From sequence record MH992122.1: DNA of 64,000 bases; one strand, written 5' to 3'. The notes beneath the pieces were generated by a model. That model did not search any database. It saw only the letters and a program-made list of their open reading frames with translations, and was not told the DNA's origin. Positions 54,577 through 64,000 of this stretch are shown here, piece after piece. The translations under genes were made by a program, and so were the position numbers. Source of the stretch: Escherichia phage OLB35. Position 1 is the first letter of the stretch. Every line of letters starts with the position of its first letter.

Positions 54577-55745
54577 CAGTATTCCAACGTCCAGGATATC
54601 CTAACTTAAGCGTTAAATTATATCAAGATTATTCGGCTTGGCAAGAAAATAGATACGTTGAACTCGCGGCAACAATAACAACTTTAACCATGCGAGATTC
54701 ACTATATGGAAGAAATGAAGGGATTCTTCAATTTTATGACACTAAAAACATCCACACTAAAATGGATGGTAGACAGATAGTCCAAATCTCTGTTTCAAAT
54801 TCAAACACACCTCTCCAAGTTAGAACTCGAATTTACGGATGTAGACATTATTCTGTGTCTGTGGACTCAAAAGGTGACAATATTATTGCAATTGAGCTTG
54901 GAACAATACATTCTATAGAGAACCTTAAATTTGGGCGACCATTCTTCCCAGACGCAGGCGAATCTATACGTGAAATGCTAGGTGTCATATACAAAGACCG
55001 TACGTTAATTACTCCGCCAATAAACACTATTAATGCTTATGTTCCTGATATTCCTTGGACAAGCACATTTGATGATTATTTGGCATATGTCAGAGAATTA
55101 GGACTTGCTACAGCGAGTGATAAGTTCGTATTCGTATGGCAAGATATTTTAGGCGTAAACATGATTGACTATGATACTCTTATTGGTCAGGAAGGCATTA
55201 AGATGATTGTAGGTGAGCCAAATACCGTAGGTCAGTATATTCAAGAGCTTGAGTATCCATTAGTATGGGATTTTACCTGGATGACTAAAGCCAACCAATT
55301 TACAAGAGACCCTATTAAAAACGCCACAATATTCGCCCATTCATTTTTAGATACATCTATTCCGGTTATTGTTACAGGTGATGGTGATAATGCTATTCTT
55401 GTGTCAAGATCTGGTGGATATTCTGAAATGACCTATCGTAATGGATTTGAAGAAGCAAGTCGTCTTCAGACAATGGCTCAATACGACGGTTATGCTAAAT
55501 GCACTACTACAGGCAATTTTAACATAACGCCTGCTACTAAAATTATATTTGTTGACCAAAAGAACCAATTCAAATCCGAATTTTACGTGGATGAAGTTAT
55601 TCATGAGTTATCAAATAACAACTCACAAACTCATCTGTACATGTTTACCAACTCAATGGTGTTAGAACCTGTTAACCCAGTTAAGGTTAAAAATGAACTT
55701 AAATCTGATTCTACCTCTAAAGAAAATAATTCTACCACAGTCTAA
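54573..55745 (+). CDS. 27: gp27 baseplate hub
   Basis: 390 aa (T4 391). Confidence 0.85.
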   Translation: MTVFQRPGYPNLSVKLYQDYSAWQENRYVELAATITTLTMRDSLYGRNEGILQFYDTKNIHTKMDGRQIVQISVSNSNTPLQVRTRIYGCRHYSVSVDSKGDNIIAIELGTIHSIENLKFGRPFFPDAGESIREMLGVIYKDRTLITPPINTINAYVPDIPWTSTFDDYLAYVRELGLATASDKFVFVWQDILGVNMIDYDTLIGQEGIKMIVGEPNTVGQYIQELEYPLVWDFTWMTKANQFTRDPIKNATIFAHSFLDTSIPVIVTGDGDNAILVSRSGGYSEMTYRNGFEEASRLQTMAQYDGYAKCTTTGNFNITPATKIIFVDQKNQFKSEFYVDEVIHELSNNNSQTHLYMFTNSMVLEPVNPVKVKNELKSDSTSKENNSTTV

Positions 55746-56226
55746 TAAAAAGGTAATGATTCCCAAATTAGGGCTCAAACATTATAATCTTTTAAAGGAC
55801 GTTAAAGGCCCTGATGAAAACATGAAAATCTTAGCTGATTCTATTTGTAAAAATATGAGTCCTGCTGATTTTGATTTTGCATGTCTACATATATTGGAAT
55901 TTAATAACAAACTTAAGTCTGAAGTTGAAAAAGACGGATTCATATATAAGCTAGATGACGTCTATGTATGCCAACGAACAGAATTCCAATTCCAAGGCAA
56001 TACTTTTTATTTTAGACCTCCAGGCAAATTTGAACAATTCGCTACAATCAGTGAAATGTTATCAAATTGCTTAATAAAAGTTAATGACGAAGAGAAAGAA
56101 ATTTCTTTCCTTGAGATGCCTGCTTTTGTAATCAAATGGGCAGAAGACCTTTCGACAACTATTGCTATTCCAGGCCCTAATGGTCCTATTAAGGGTATAG
56201 CAGAAATTATTGGATTGCTTGAATGA
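55693..56226 (+). CDS. 28: gp28 baseplate distal hub
   Basis: 177 aa from ATG at 55693 (53-nt overlap with gp27); alternative start at 55756. Confidence 0.7.
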   Translation: MNLNLILPLKKIILPQSNKKVMIPKLGLKHYNLLKDVKGPDENMKILADSICKNMSPADFDFACLHILEFNNKLKSEVEKDGFIYKLDDVYVCQRTEFQFQGNTFYFRPPGKFEQFATISEMLSNCLIKVNDEEKEISFLEMPAFVIKWAEDLSTTIAIPGPNGPIKGIAEIIGLLE

Positions 56227-57998
56227 AACCTGAAGAAATGAAATCCATGCGTAGAAATAAGGTCATTGCCGATAATAAACCACAAAAAGTAGCTGCATCA
56301 GCAGCTACCGATTCATTAGAAGCATTGAATGACATTTCATCAAAACTAGACGATGTCCAAGCCGCGTCTGAACTCACATCACAAAGTGTAGAAGATAAAG
56401 GCAATGGAATTATTGAATCAATTGGAGACTTAAAGAATTCGACAGATAATACTGCTGAAGGCACAGAGCTTATCGCAGAAGTTATTGAAAAACAAACTGA
56501 AGTCACTAAAAGTATAAACGAAGTTTCTAGTGCAATAAGCTCTAAGTTAGACCGATTAGCTACATTATTAGAGCAAAAATTACAAACATCTACCGCTATT
56601 CAAAATACAGGAGGCACCTCTCTTGAAGTAATTGAGAACGCAATACCTGTTAAAGTGGTTGAGAATGAAACTTCTGATGAGTTGTTTAAAGCATTCCCTA
56701 CACCTGAAAAGATTGATAATAAGCCAGACGAAGATTTCTTCCCGGCTCCGGTTCAAGAAAGTGCTAATTCTACTTCTTCTGATTCTAAAGGTGGAATTAG
56801 CTTTAAATTGAGCGATAAAATTGCAATGCTCACCAAAACAGTTCAAACCGGGTTTAATAAATCAATATCAATTTCAGACAGAATTGCTGGAATGCTTTTC
56901 AAATACACTATAACGGCTGCTATTGAAGCAGCAAAAATGGCCGCACTTATTCTTGGTATTGTTATCGGTATTGATTTATTGATAGTCCATTTCAAATATT
57001 GGACAGACAAATTCACTTCTGCCTGGGATTTATTTGATGAAAACTTTACTAAATTCTCCGATGAAGCTAAAGAGTGGGGTAAATTCTTAAGTGATATATT
57101 CACTTCTATTGACTCGATAAAACAATTGTGGGAAGCTGGAGACTGGGGTGGTTTAACCGTTGCTATTGTCAAAGGTGTAGGAACAGCATTAATGAACTTA
57201 GGTGAACTAATTCAATTAGGAATGGCTAAACTCTCCGCGTCTATATTGCGTGCTATAGGTTTTGGTGATACCGCGGACGAAATAGAAGGACGTGCTTTGG
57301 AAGGATTCCAAGAAACTACTGGGAACAAATTAAAGAAAGAAGACCAAGAGAAAGTCGCTAAATATCAAATGAAGCGTGACGATGGGGAATTAGGAACCGT
57401 TTCTAAAGGTCTTGATATGTTACAACGCGGCAAAACATTCGTTACTAACTGGGTTCGTGGTAATGACAATAAAGAAGAGTTTAGTACAAGCGATGAGCGT
57501 GCTGCGGAATCAGCAAAATTAAAAGAGCTACCTGAAGAGGAGCGTAAAGAGGCATATATAAAAGCTAATGAAACTCGTGCGGCACTGGTTAGATTTGAGG
57601 ATTATATCGATAAAATCGATATGACTAATCCAGAAAATGCTAAAAACGTCGAGAAGTCTTATGCTGATTTAAGTAAACTTATTAAAGACCCTGAACTTAA
57701 TAAAACTCCTGTTGTTAAAAAGGAAATAGATGCTAGATTTGAAAAGCTAAATAATAAAATGGCTGAAGCCAAAAAGGCTCAGACAACAGTTAAGCCTGAA
57801 TCTTCAACTAAATCTCCGGAAGCAAAACAAGTTCAGTCAATAGAGAAAGGACGTGCTTCTGAATCTAAACAACAGCAACCGGTAGCGGCTATTAGTAACA
57901 CAAATAATGTCGTCAAAAAGAATACCGTAGTCCAGAATATGACCCCTGTAACAAGTACAACGGCTCCTGGAATTTTCCATGCCACCGGTGTTAATTAA
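56223..57998 (+). CDS. 29: gp29 baseplate hub / tail length determinant
   Basis: 591 aa (T4 590). Confidence 0.85.
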   Translation: MKPEEMKSMRRNKVIADNKPQKVAASAATDSLEALNDISSKLDDVQAASELTSQSVEDKGNGIIESIGDLKNSTDNTAEGTELIAEVIEKQTEVTKSINEVSSAISSKLDRLATLLEQKLQTSTAIQNTGGTSLEVIENAIPVKVVENETSDELFKAFPTPEKIDNKPDEDFFPAPVQESANSTSSDSKGGISFKLSDKIAMLTKTVQTGFNKSISISDRIAGMLFKYTITAAIEAAKMAALILGIVIGIDLLIVHFKYWTDKFTSAWDLFDENFTKFSDEAKEWGKFLSDIFTSIDSIKQLWEAGDWGGLTVAIVKGVGTALMNLGELIQLGMAKLSASILRAIGFGDTADEIEGRALEGFQETTGNKLKKEDQEKVAKYQMKRDDGELGTVSKGLDMLQRGKTFVTNWVRGNDNKEEFSTSDERAAESAKLKELPEEERKEAYIKANETRAALVRFEDYIDKIDMTNPENAKNVEKSYADLSKLIKDPELNKTPVVKKEIDARFEKLNNKMAEAKKAQTTVKPESSTKSPEAKQVQSIEKGRASESKQQQPVAAISNTNNVVKKNTVVQNMTPVTSTTAPGIFHATGVN

Positions 57999-58006
57999 GG
58001 ATTATT

Positions 58007-59116
58007 ATGATTAGTGTAAAAGAAATAGTAGTAGATGCAAAGGATTTAAATAAAGCAATCCCAGTCTCAGAAAGTGCTGGGCAAAGCACTAAAACCGAAA
58101 CAACTACTAAAACTTATGTTGCTCAATTTCCTACAGGAAGAGCAGCCGGAAATGACTCCACAGGAGACTTCCAGGTAACAGACCTTTATAAGAATGGATT
58201 ATTATTTACCGCGTACAATATGTCTGCACGCGATTCAGGATCCCTCAGGAATTTACGTCCGGCATACGCTGGTACTTCATCTAATGGTATCATATCAGAT
58301 TTAACTGATAATGTGAAAGATGCAGTGACTAAATTCTCTAATGGGTTGCTTCCTGCCGGAGCTAATAAATCTACTATAAATAAAACTCCTGTTGCTAATA
58401 TACTTTTGCCACGTTCCAAATCTGACGTTGATACAACTTCACATCGTTTTAATGATATCGGTGATAGCCTTATTACTAAAGGTGGAGGTACTGCTACAGG
58501 TGTTTTAAGTAACATTGCTTCTACTGCAGTTTTTGGTGCATTAGATTCTATTACTCAAGGGCTTATGGCTGATAATAACGAGCAGATTTATACGACTTCT
58601 CGTAGTATGTATGGTGGTGCCGAGAACCGTACTAAAGTCTTTACATGGGATTTAACTCCACGTTCAACTGAAGACCTTATGGCTATTATAAACATTTACC
58701 AGTATTTTAACTATTTCTCATATGGTGAGACCGGTAAATCACAGTACGCCCAAGAGATTAAAAGTTATTTAGACGAATGGTATCGTTCAACGTTTATTGA
58801 GCCTATGACGCCAGATGATGCAGTAAAAAATAAGACATTGTTTGAAAAGATTACTGCGTCATTAACAAATGTATTAGTTGTAAGCAACCCTACAATTTGG
58901 ATGGTTAAAAACTTTGGTTATACGTCTAAATTTGATGGATTAACTGACGTATTTGGCCCGTGTCAAATTCAAAGCGTACGTTTTGATAAAACTCCAAATG
59001 GACAATTTAATGGTCTCGCTGTTGCTCCTAACTTACCATCAACATTTACGTTAGAGATAACAATGCGAGAAATTATTACATTAAACCGTTCTTCACTTTA
59101 TGCGGGGACTTTCTAA
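58007..59116 (+). CDS. 48: gp48 baseplate tail tube cap
   Basis: 369 aa (T4 about 364). Confidence 0.85.
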   Translation: MISVKEIVVDAKDLNKAIPVSESAGQSTKTETTTKTYVAQFPTGRAAGNDSTGDFQVTDLYKNGLLFTAYNMSARDSGSLRNLRPAYAGTSSNGIISDLTDNVKDAVTKFSNGLLPAGANKSTINKTPVANILLPRSKSDVDTTSHRFNDIGDSLITKGGGTATGVLSNIASTAVFGALDSITQGLMADNNEQIYTTSRSMYGGAENRTKVFTWDLTPRSTEDLMAIINIYQYFNYFSYGETGKSQYAQEIKSYLDEWYRSTFIEPMTPDDAVKNKTLFEKITASLTNVLVVSNPTIWMVKNFGYTSKFDGLTDVFGPCQIQSVRFDKTPNGQFNGLAVAPNLPSTFTLEITMREIITLNRSSLYAGTF

Positions 59117-60078
59117 TGTACTCTTTAGAAGAATTTAATAACCAAGCTATAAATGCAGATTTCCAACGAAACAATATGTTTAGTTGTGTATTTGCTACTA
59201 CGCCATCGACCAAATCGTCTTCACTAATTTCGTCAATTGGTAGTTTTGCTTATAATAACTTAGGGTTGGATTCCGATTGGCTAGGATTGTCTCAAGGTGA
59301 TATCAATCAGGGCGTAACAACCCTGATTACAGCAGGAACACAGAAATTAATTCGAAAATCAGGTATAAGTAAATATCTGATTGGAGCAATGAGTCAACGT
59401 ACGGTACAAAGCTTGTTAGGTGAGTTCACAGTAGGAGCTTATCTGATAGACTTCTTCAATATGGCATATAATAATACAGGTTTAATGATTTATTCTGTAA
59501 AAATGCCTGAGAACCGATTATCTTATGAAACGGATTTCAACTATAACTCCCCGAACATCAGAATTACCGGCCGTGAAATGGACCCGTTAGTAATAAGCTT
59601 TAGAATGGATTCCGAAGCATCTAACTTTAGAGCAATGCAAGACTGGGTAAACTCGGTCCAAGACCCTGTAACAGGTCTTCGCGCTTTACCACAAGACGTC
59701 GAAGCAGATATTCAGGTTAATTTACATGCACGAAATGGTTTACCACATACCGCCGTCATGTTCACTGGATGTATTCCTGTTAGTGTCTCTTCTCCTGAGT
59801 TAACGTATGATGGTGATAATCAGATAACAGTTTTTGACGTAACATTTGCTTATCGCGTTATGCAATCAGGTGCTGTAAATAGACAGGCTGCTTTAGAATG
59901 GCTGGAATCAGGACTTATTAGTAGTGTTTCAGGAATGTTTGGAAATAATCAAAATGATTCTGGGCTAGGAAGTGCAGTATCAAGACTTTCTAGATTAGGT
60001 GGGACTGCTGGAGGTGTGTCTAATATAAACACATTGACAGGTGTGGTGAATTCTGCATCAAGAGTTTTAGGTCTATAA
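59116..60078 (+). CDS. 54: gp54 baseplate tail tube initiator
   Basis: 320 aa, same length as T4 gp54. Confidence 0.85.
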   Translation: MYSLEEFNNQAINADFQRNNMFSCVFATTPSTKSSSLISSIGSFAYNNLGLDSDWLGLSQGDINQGVTTLITAGTQKLIRKSGISKYLIGAMSQRTVQSLLGEFTVGAYLIDFFNMAYNNTGLMIYSVKMPENRLSYETDFNYNSPNIRITGREMDPLVISFRMDSEASNFRAMQDWVNSVQDPVTGLRALPQDVEADIQVNLHARNGLPHTAVMFTGCIPVSVSSPELTYDGDNQITVFDVTFAYRVMQSGAVNRQAALEWLESGLISSVSGMFGNNQNDSGLGSAVSRLSRLGGTAGGVSNINTLTGVVNSASRVLGL

Positions 60079-60079
60079 G

Positions 60080-60106
60080 AAAAAAAGGGAGACGTTGTCT
60101 CCCTTT
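60080..60106. terminator. bidirectional terminator-like hairpin
   Basis: A7 run, GGGAGAC-GTT-GTCTCCC, then TTT; between convergent genes 54 and the 60113-60406 ORF. Confidence 0.45.
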
Positions 60107-60112
60107 AGGGGT

Positions 60113-60406
60113 TTATTTACGGAATGAAAGGAATGCTGGTGCTCGGAATGGAGTATCATCTTTAGAGTATTTAACTAATACGACCATTGGTACCTCTGTT
60201 TCTAAATGACCTGTCAGTACACCGATAAAAATTTGATCAGTGTGCTCAGGGTCACGAAAGTTTTTAAGAGGTTCCATAGCAATATGGAATGCACCTGGGA
60301 ATACTCGATTCAATTCGTCAATCACAGCTTCGTTAAAAACATCATCCGCTGGGATAGCATCTTCAACTACTAGTTCTTGACCATTAAAGCGAAGCATAGA
60401 TTTCAT
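60113..60406 (-). CDS. hypothetical protein (alt-adjacent)
   Basis: about 97 aa from ATG at 60406 with SD GAGGAA. Confidence 0.45.
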   Translation of the reverse strand: MKSMLRFNGQELVVEDAIPADDVFNEAVIDELNRVFPGAFHIAMEPLKNFRDPEHTDQIFIGVLTGHLETEVPMVVLVKYSKDDTPFRAPAFLSFRK

Positions 60407-60435
60407 AACGTTTTCCTCATGTTGTTGATGGGATG

Positions 60436-60465
60436 ATAGTATCACACATCCATGTGCTTGTAAAC
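60436..60465 (-). promoter_or_regulatory. early promoter
   Basis: minus strand GTTTAC (60460-60465), 18-nt spacer, TACTAT (60436-60441); overlaps the alt stop. Confidence 0.45.
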
Positions 60466-62552
60466 TATCCTTGAACAAATTTAAATGGAACCGATTCCAA
60501 ATCCATTAAAGATGCTAACAGTTTCAATCCTTTAGGAGCACTAGTTTTTTCTACAAATGTGGAGAACGATACCGGCTCATCTGATTCGATTTCACCAGTC
60601 ATAGCAACCACCTCGCCTGTTTCCATGAGAACATCGCCATCGTAAATGACTGCTTCATCCAACTGGTCCGAGGACATGACTTCAGCTTGAATAAATTTAA
60701 GGTTGGATTCTAAACCTGCACCGGTGTCAGATGACGCATCTGTAATTTTATTTATCTGCAAGAGAATGCCTCTAGGCAAAATAATTTCTTGCTCATTAGG
60801 GTGATTACTCAACTGTCCTGGATAAATCACGTTAACTTTATGAGCGCCATCAATAGCCCATCCAACGTTAACACGGATTTGTTCTGGTGCATGCATAGCT
60901 GTTCTTACTTGACTAGGAGAAATAGTAACACCTTCGTCATTATTGTCAATGCTAAGCTCTTTGCGAACTTCTTCAGGAGCAAGTCCAAGGGCAACGTTCT
61001 CTTTAAACCCGCCGAAAATAATAGGAGCTAGTGAAGTAGAAACATAGTTTCTGAAGTAGAATACCTTATTTTTAACCATTGCTTCGTAAATAGGCATTCT
61101 GATAGACTGAGCTCTATACAACGTTAGTCCTTCAGGTAAACGGTCTCCATTTAAAAACGCCGAATCAAGACCATCAATAGCGCGTTTAACTTCATCTTCA
61201 TCTGCAACATCATAAAAATCCGGTTTATAACGTCCTAACAACATATTATTGATATCGGTATACGCAGAAGAGGCATATTCACGAATAGCTCGTTTTTCAG
61301 CAACAGAGTATTGTTTAGGGTCACGATTCATTGTTATATTAAAGGTGCCTCTAGCCGATTCTCGTGCATAAGTATACATCACATTAGACAAGAACGCTGA
61401 TTTACGTTGTTTCCAAGTTTTTTCAGATACTTCAGCTAAAACGTCGTCAGCCAGTTGGAAATTATCTCGTCTAAAATCTTCAAACCATTCGTCTCTAATA
61501 GAGTCTGCAATTTCGTTTGCAGCTTCAACAAAAGCAGCTAATGCTTTAACAGATGTTGTTTTTTCAGTTTTAATTTTCTTAGCAAACTTTTCTAAAGTCG
61601 GCTTAATAACACTACCATAAGAAACTTCATCAGCAAATCTAAAGGATTCATCAATACGATTATAAATCTTATTTTCGATATCAGCAACTAAAGTGCCTTT
61701 TGCTGTAGACGATGCTTGGGCTAGTACGATTTCATATGCTTCAGGAAGTAATTCAGCTGTAGCTGGGCCACTAACTTCTTTAGCAGAATTTTCGTATTTC
61801 TGGAATAGCTCACCTTCTTGGCGGTCAGCTTCTAAAGATTGACTTGCTGCAATAGCGCGACGAGAAATTTTAGTACGAGCAATAACAGGCTTATCTTTAC
61901 GTTTTTCTTCTACAGCAGCAATAGAACCAGCGATAGCCGTTTCTTTGGTGACTTTTTCGCCAGTCTTTTTACTCACATAAACTTCACCAACATCAGAATC
62001 TACTTTCGTGTACAACTCTGTGTTAATGTTAGGGATGCCTTTAATATCTTCAATGTTGGCATTTTTACGAACCATCATCACATATGTGTGTTTACCTGTG
62101 AATTGATACATTGCAGACAATACTTTAAAACGACCACCGGTTTTAGTAGAAACTAAACGAGCAAGAAGAGTTTGAAGTTGTTGTCCACGTCCTTTCAATT
62201 TCTTGGTAGGGAATCGGAACAAAACTGCATCCATACGAAGAGCTTTAACCTGTTCATACACTGTATTGAAAATGGTGTTGATTGCATCAATAGGAGCAGG
62301 ACCAAGACCATTTTTCAATTCAGCGAGATTACCCTTTTCAGAAAGACTCATAATAACGACATGAGCGTATTTGTCACCAAGTTTAACTTGTTTTACAGCA
62401 TCGCCTTCGGAAAGGTAAGAGAATAAACGAACTACGATGTTTGTATCGATATCACCAATTTTCCAGACTTGTGGAACTTTGGCTTTAGGGTTCAAATTGA
62501 CGACAGGAAGACTGCCTTCAGATTCAAACACTTCATTTAATTGTTCAGACAT
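60465..62552 (-). CDS. alt: Alt ADP-ribosyltransferase (virion-packaged)
   Basis: 695 aa (T4 about 682); position between gene 54 and DNA ligase. Confidence 0.75.
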   Translation of the reverse strand: MSEQLNEVFESEGSLPVVNLNPKAKVPQVWKIGDIDTNIVVRLFSYLSEGDAVKQVKLGDKYAHVVIMSLSEKGNLAELKNGLGPAPIDAINTIFNTVYEQVKALRMDAVLFRFPTKKLKGRGQQLQTLLARLVSTKTGGRFKVLSAMYQFTGKHTYVMMVRKNANIEDIKGIPNINTELYTKVDSDVGEVYVSKKTGEKVTKETAIAGSIAAVEEKRKDKPVIARTKISRRAIAASQSLEADRQEGELFQKYENSAKEVSGPATAELLPEAYEIVLAQASSTAKGTLVADIENKIYNRIDESFRFADEVSYGSVIKPTLEKFAKKIKTEKTTSVKALAAFVEAANEIADSIRDEWFEDFRRDNFQLADDVLAEVSEKTWKQRKSAFLSNVMYTYARESARGTFNITMNRDPKQYSVAEKRAIREYASSAYTDINNMLLGRYKPDFYDVADEDEVKRAIDGLDSAFLNGDRLPEGLTLYRAQSIRMPIYEAMVKNKVFYFRNYVSTSLAPIIFGGFKENVALGLAPEEVRKELSIDNNDEGVTISPSQVRTAMHAPEQIRVNVGWAIDGAHKVNVIYPGQLSNHPNEQEIILPRGILLQINKITDASSDTGAGLESNLKFIQAEVMSSDQLDEAVIYDGDVLMETGEVVAMTGEIESDEPVSFSTFVEKTSAPKGLKLLASLMDLESVPFKFVQG

Positions 62553-62587
62553 AGTGTTTTCCTTTTAGTAATAATTTATATTTATGC

Positions 62588-62608
62588 CAAAAAGAGCCCG
62601 AAGGCTCT
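62588..62608 (-). terminator. hairpin AGAGCC-CGAA-GGCTCT with T-run on the minus strand
   Basis: between the 62608-62817 ORF and the alt start. Confidence 0.45.
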
Positions 62609-62817
62609 TAATCCACAATCGGAAGCAAAGTACGATAAACTTCAAAATTAGGGCCTTTTTCGTACTTATCAAAATTGTCCATAAAAATATTATAGGAATC
62701 GTTATTAGGAAAATCTAATACAATTTGGGAACAAGAGGTGGAAACATCACCACCATCTTTATTAGCGACAACTACTGTTTCTAAATAAGCTTTCATTATA
62801 AACCTGTCTGGGACCAA
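62608..62817 (-). CDS. hypothetical small protein
   Basis: 69 aa ORF between ligase and alt. Confidence 0.4.
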   Translation of the reverse strand: MVPDRFIMKAYLETVVVANKDGGDVSTSCSQIVLDFPNNDSYNIFMDNFDKYEKGPNFEVYRTLLPIVD

Positions 62818-64000
62818 GGTCCAAATACGTCTTCAAATGAATCCGCTTCTGTTTTATCAAAACGGAACCCTTTAATAATTGGAAGGAAAATACCTACAGT
62901 ACCTTCACGGCCTTTAGAATGAACCCAACCATTACATTCGCAATCAGCAATACGTCCAATCAATTTACCTTCACGAGCTTCAGCCATTAATCGTTCACGG
63001 TCTAAATCATGACGCTCATCTAAAGGAATAAGAACCTTTACACCGTCAACTGTTTTATGAGTTGTATCTTTAAACCCTGAACCACAATCGGTTGTAATAC
63101 GACGACAACGTGATACAAGTTCGACACCACCTAATTTGTTAGGGTCTTTAGAGTGTTCATAGTATCCTACAACTTCTAAAGCGATATCAATAACTTCTTT
63201 AAATTTAATTAGGTTCTTAGAGCGTTTGTTTTCCCAATATGAATCACGGTTTTTAAGGATAATACCTTCAAGACCTTGGTCAACATATTTTTTATAAACC
63301 ACTTTAGCTTCGTCAAGATTACGAACTAACTGATTTTCAATTGGCTCAATTCGCTTAAAGCCTTCAGCCATATTTTCAAGAGCAGCAAAACGAACATCGT
63401 ATTTCTGACCTTTAATTTTGCCATCAGAATAGACTTCATCTAAAGGAACATAGTCCCAGGCTTGAAGAACCATACCTTCAGCTTCTTTAGGAGAAATAGT
63501 CCCTTGAAGAGATTTATTTGCTAAACCGTTTGAAGTGCTACGGTCTGCAACTTGTACTTCTTCGGATTCTTCATTATCGCCAAATAAGAACGACAGGTCA
63601 TTTCCTGAGCTCACAGCCTTTTTAATATCAAATGAATGATAAACTAATTCGCCGTCGATTAAAACCCCATTAGGGTGTCTTTCACGGGCTTCTTTAGTCA
63701 TTTCCATTAGTTCATCTGCTAATAGGGTAAGACCATGGTATTCGTTACCGGCACGAGAAAAGAATTGAACACCGTCATCACGAACTTCAGCGAAACAACG
63801 AGCACCATCTGCTTTTAATTGAGCAAATGCAGGCCATTTAATATTTTTAGTAATCAATTTCTCGTCATATGCAGATGCTAACATCTGCGGTTGCAATTGA
63901 ATAAGTCCAGGCCATACCTTATTCGCGATAGACACTGAAGCACCTACTTCAAGGTCTCGCATCATTACACGGCGTAGTACTTCAACATCATCAGGTTTAC
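62796..64000 (-). CDS. 30: ATP-dependent DNA ligase, 5'-truncated by window end
   Basis: KADG adenylation motif (AQLKADGARC); ...VMMRDLE(V)GASVSIANKVWPG... matches the interior of T4 gp30; frame stays open to position 64000. Confidence 0.85.
   Translation of the reverse strand, partial: KPDDVEVLRRVMMRDLEVGASVSIANKVWPGLIQLQPQMLASAYDEKLITKNIKWPAFAQLKADGARCFAEVRDDGVQFFSRAGNEYHGLTLLADELMEMTKEARERHPNGVLIDGELVYHSFDIKKAVSSGNDLSFLFGDNEESEEVQVADRSTSNGLANKSLQGTISPKEAEGMVLQAWDYVPLDEVYSDGKIKGQKYDVRFAALENMAEGFKRIEPIENQLVRNLDEAKVVYKKYVDQGLEGIILKNRDSYWENKRSKNLIKFKEVIDIALEVVGYYEHSKDPNKLGGVELVSRCRRITTDCGSGFKDTTHKTVDGVKVLIPLDERHDLDRERLMAEAREGKLIGRIADCECNGWVHSKGREGTVGIFLPIIKGFRFDKTEADSFEDVFGPWSQTGL

Overview
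This window reads as a contiguous segment of a T4-like (T-even, Tevenvirinae) phage genome, diverged from T4 itself (the lysozyme, for example, lacks about 10 residues relative to my recollection of T4 e). All calls are from reading the six-frame translations and the DNA against remembered T4 proteins, gene order and promoter consensi; no database search was run. Layout: (1) 1-16150, minus-strand early/middle region: internal-protein (IP) genes, denV, lysozyme e, nudE, about 25 small accessory ORFs, two tRNAs plus a tRNA-like RNA, an ipI-like gene, 57B (Acb1-like), 57A, gene 1, 3, 2, 4. (2) 16200-46440, plus-strand late module: baseplate 53/5/5.1/5.4/6-12, wac, neck 13/14, 15, terminase 16/17, sheath 18, tube 19, portal 20, prohead core 67/68/21/22, capsid 23, vertex 24. 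(3) 46470-64000: rnlB, hoc, inh, uvsW, uvsY, hub genes 25/26/51/27/28/29/48/54, alt, and DNA ligase running off the window end. The structural backbone is ordinary. The unusual material is in the early accessory region: repeated early-promoter cassettes (PeSL-like) with partial gene duplications, a conserved intercistronic junction motif, a three-gene paralog family with a conserved C-terminal WV(S/A)SSxxC tail, at least five IP-type genes with capsid-targeting leaders, an MNT-like nucleotidyltransferase candidate and a PspA-like coiled-coil protein. Five ORFs, including hoc, carry in-frame stops or frameshifts. I found no CRISPR array, integrase or homing endonuclease. No single complete novel system can be demonstrated from sequence alone; the accessory island is the best candidate for follow-up.
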